Shown here in pieces: positions 61,224 to 64,000 of a stretch of 64,000 nt of DNA. The translations under genes were made by a program, and so were the position numbers. Under the pieces are notes generated by a model. The model did not search any database. It was not told the origin of the DNA and saw nothing but the letters and a program-made list of their open reading frames with translations. The stretch is taken from the NCBI GenBank assembly GCA_025603075.1, contig MU626323.1:1-64000 (forward strand), written 5' to 3'. The DNA comes from Neoconidiobolus thromboides FSU 785. Lineage: Eukaryota; Fungi; Entomophthoromycota. Each line of letters starts with the position of its first letter. The stretch's first letter is position 1.

Positions 61224-61828
61224 CTTACTGAATTTAACCTATAAATAGGCTATTAAACTTACTCTAGTTTAGTCCAATCAAAATGTAAGTGTTCACATAA
61301 TTTTAAAGGTAAACACAAAAACTACGATTATTCCCTTATATAGCATTTATCTTTATATTATTGCTTTATTCTTTGTTCTTTATACTTTATGATAATGCAA
61401 AAATAAAAATTACAAAAAACTATATTTAAATATAAAATAGTTTAATTACATATTATTATTTAAATTAGTTTATTATAATTAATAATAAACTAATATACTT
61501 TAGCTATAAGTTGTGTACAATTTATATGATTTTTCGAAATTATTCAAATTACTTAAACGAACAGTATAATCCTAATGATATTTTTATTCTTTTGATTTGT
61601 AAACTATTTGGATATTTAATTTTCAATAAGGATTATTGCCCAAAATTTGTTTAATTTTCAACAGAAAAGTTGAAATTTAGAAGTTATTGGATTAATTTAA
61701 AACAGCCATATGGCGGTAATAAAGATCAAATAGATTAGTATAAATTATAAGCATTAAGTATAACTATTTTGTAATCTATTTGATACTTTTTTGAATAATT
61801 TCATATTACTTTTATTTTTAATATTTTA

Positions 61829-64000
61829 ATGACAACAAACTCTAAACTGATAGATGGGTGGAATTGGTGGAGAACTATTTTAGGAAACTATAAAGTAGTC
61901 ACCTCCGGAACTATAATTGCGATTGTCATTCATAACTTAGTAGTATGGAAAAGAATTCAAGCATATAGAAAGAAGAAGGATATAGTAGGACCAACAACTT
62001 CAAAATGTATACCAGAGGATGAGCTAAACAGTCACGCTAAAAATTTCCCAGCACGTAATTCCAAAGTAGCAGTAAATAGCCAATTTTTTGCTCAAATTAA
62101 GTCCATTTTTAAAATATTAATACCTCCTGATACAATATTAAAGGATAGAACCATCCTTACTTTAGTATTACATACTATCTTTTTACTTCTTCGTACATAT
62201 TTGTCATTAGTGGTTGCTAGAGTTGATGGTAGAATTGTAAGAGATTTAGTAAACAAAGATGCAAAAAAGTTTTTTAGATCTATTGGTCTTTGGTTCGCAG
62301 TTGCAGTGCCTGCTACTTATACCAATAGTATGATTAAATATCTGCAATCTAAGCTCACTATAAGCTTTAGAACAAAACTTGTGGATTATTGCCATTCTCT
62401 TTATCTTGGAAATGATATGACATTTTATAAACTATTAAATCTAGATCGAAGAGTAGAAGGTCCAGATCAATACATTACGTCTGATATCTCAAGATTTTCT
62501 GAATCCTTATCAGGGCTTTATTCAAACCTTGGTAAACCAACTTTAGACTTAATAATTTTTAATTATCAATTATCTAAAAATATTGGACTTGGCGGTACAT
62601 TTGCTATGATGTTGATATACACTGCTACAGTATCATTTTTACGTAAAATTTCTCCCCCATTCGGAAAATTAGTTGCTCAACAGACACAGCTAGAGGTACG
62701 TAAAATCTTTTTTAAACATAATTTGTTAATATTTTAATTAAGGGCGAATTCCGCGGTGCTCATTCTAGGTTAATTACTAATGCTGAAGAAGTAGCATTTT
62801 ATCATGGCGGAAGTTTAGAAAAAACAATTTTAGACAAATCTTACTTGAATCTTATCAAACACATTAATTCTATATTTAGAGCAAGAATTAACTATAACAT
62901 GCTAGAAGATTTTGTAATTAAGTACTGTTGGTCTGCTGTAGGATTAGTTTTGTGTGCTGTCCCTGTATTTAAACCACACTGGTTACCTGAATCCCACCCA
63001 ACAAAATCAAGCAGTAGTGCTAAAGCAGCATCAAGGACCCAAGACTTTATTACAAATAAGAGGTAGTTTATTATATTTTATTCTTATGATATTAATATTA
63101 ATGTTAATAATTAAATCTATAGATTAATGATGTCATTAGGAGATGCTGGTGGTAGAATTATGTATTCTTATAAGGAATTAGCAGAATTAGCAGGGTATAC
63201 TCATCGTGTATATACCTTAATTTCAACTTTACATTTACTACGTAATAATAAATACGATTCAAGTACTGCTACAATAACTAAAGATGAGCTTTTGGATGAA
63301 CTTTTTACTTTGGACAATATTAAAGGACAAAGAGTAGTAGGCGAAAACGGTGTATGCTTTGAGCATGTACCTATTGTTACCCCAAATCCTGGTAATCCAA
63401 ATGGCGGAGATATTTTAGTAAAAGACCTTAATCTAAATGTTAAGCCTGGAGAACACTTATTAATTACTGGCCCAAATGGAGTAGGAAAAACTGCAATAGC
63501 AAGAGTACTTGCTGGTTTATGGCCAGTATTCAGTAATTTAATAACTTATTATAATTTTAATTACTTAACTAGCTTTTTTAGGTGGACAAATTAAATGTCC
63601 TGAACAAGATGATGTTTTTTTTGTTCCTCAAAAACCATACCTCTCCTTAGGAAATTTAAGAGAACAGTAATTTTAATTTTTTAGAATTACAGAGTTATTA
63701 ATAATATATTAGAATAATTTATCCACATACTCAAGAAGACATGCAACGACTTAATGTAACTGACGACGATTTATTGAAAATTTTAAAAGAAGTTCATCTT
63801 GAACATATTCCTGAAAGAGAAGGCGGCTTCGATACAATTAAAGAATGGAAGGATGTATTTTCAGGAGGAGAAAAACAAAGAGTATATATTTTACTTTATT
63901 TTATTTAAAATATTTAAAATATAAAATAGTTAGGAATGTCACGTTTATTTTACCATAAGGCTAAATTTGCGATTTTAGACGAATGTATAACTTTTAGGAT
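61829..64000 (+). CDS. Peroxisomal ABC-D half transporter (PXA1-like), runs off the window end
   Basis: LRTYLSLVVARVDGRIV, GEFRGAHSRLITNAEEVAFYHG, FITNKRLMMSLGDAGGR, Walker A GPNGVGKT, signature FSGGEKQR. Confidence 0.9.

Overview
Very AT-rich, intron-dense fungal DNA. An EFL-type elongation factor fragment, TTAGGG telomere repeats, ~50-nt introns and a proteinase-K-type subtilisin suggest an early-diverging fungus, probably Entomophthoromycotina/Conidiobolus-like (inference). Layout: (i) 1-9 kb accessory zone with decayed LRR-like genes, MITEs, a solo LTR and one questin-oxidase/AflY-family gene; (ii) 9-34 kb core block (TDP1, PRM10/ThrE, HACL1, metacaspase, SART3/Prp24, MOCS2B, cytochrome-b5/MAPR, ARS2, NDT80-family TF, p34-like); (iii) 34-49.5 kb with two more questin-oxidase paralogs, a SNAPC5-like gene, panB, UXT, a NELF-A-like gene, a decayed tandem pair of an unknown family, TRM2 and tRNA-Pro; (iv) 49.5-57.2 kb with a P450 pseudogene, a secreted subtilisin, an M28 aminopeptidase and the 3' end of EFL; (v) a 100-N gap followed by telomere repeats, a short MITE/LTR-rich subtelomere, a TBRG1-like gene and a PXA-type ABC-D transporter. 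Best leads: a multi-exon NELF-A homolog; a ~97-bp MITE family with GGGG..CCCC ends and 4-bp ATNT target-site duplications; CpG-deamination in the repeats; a three-member anthraquinone-cleaving-oxygenase family outside any PKS cluster, one copy lacking conserved His residues; and a suspicious EFL/gap/telomere join. All protein calls come from motif recognition by eye, with no database search. Multi-exon coordinates are gene spans, and some starts are approximate.
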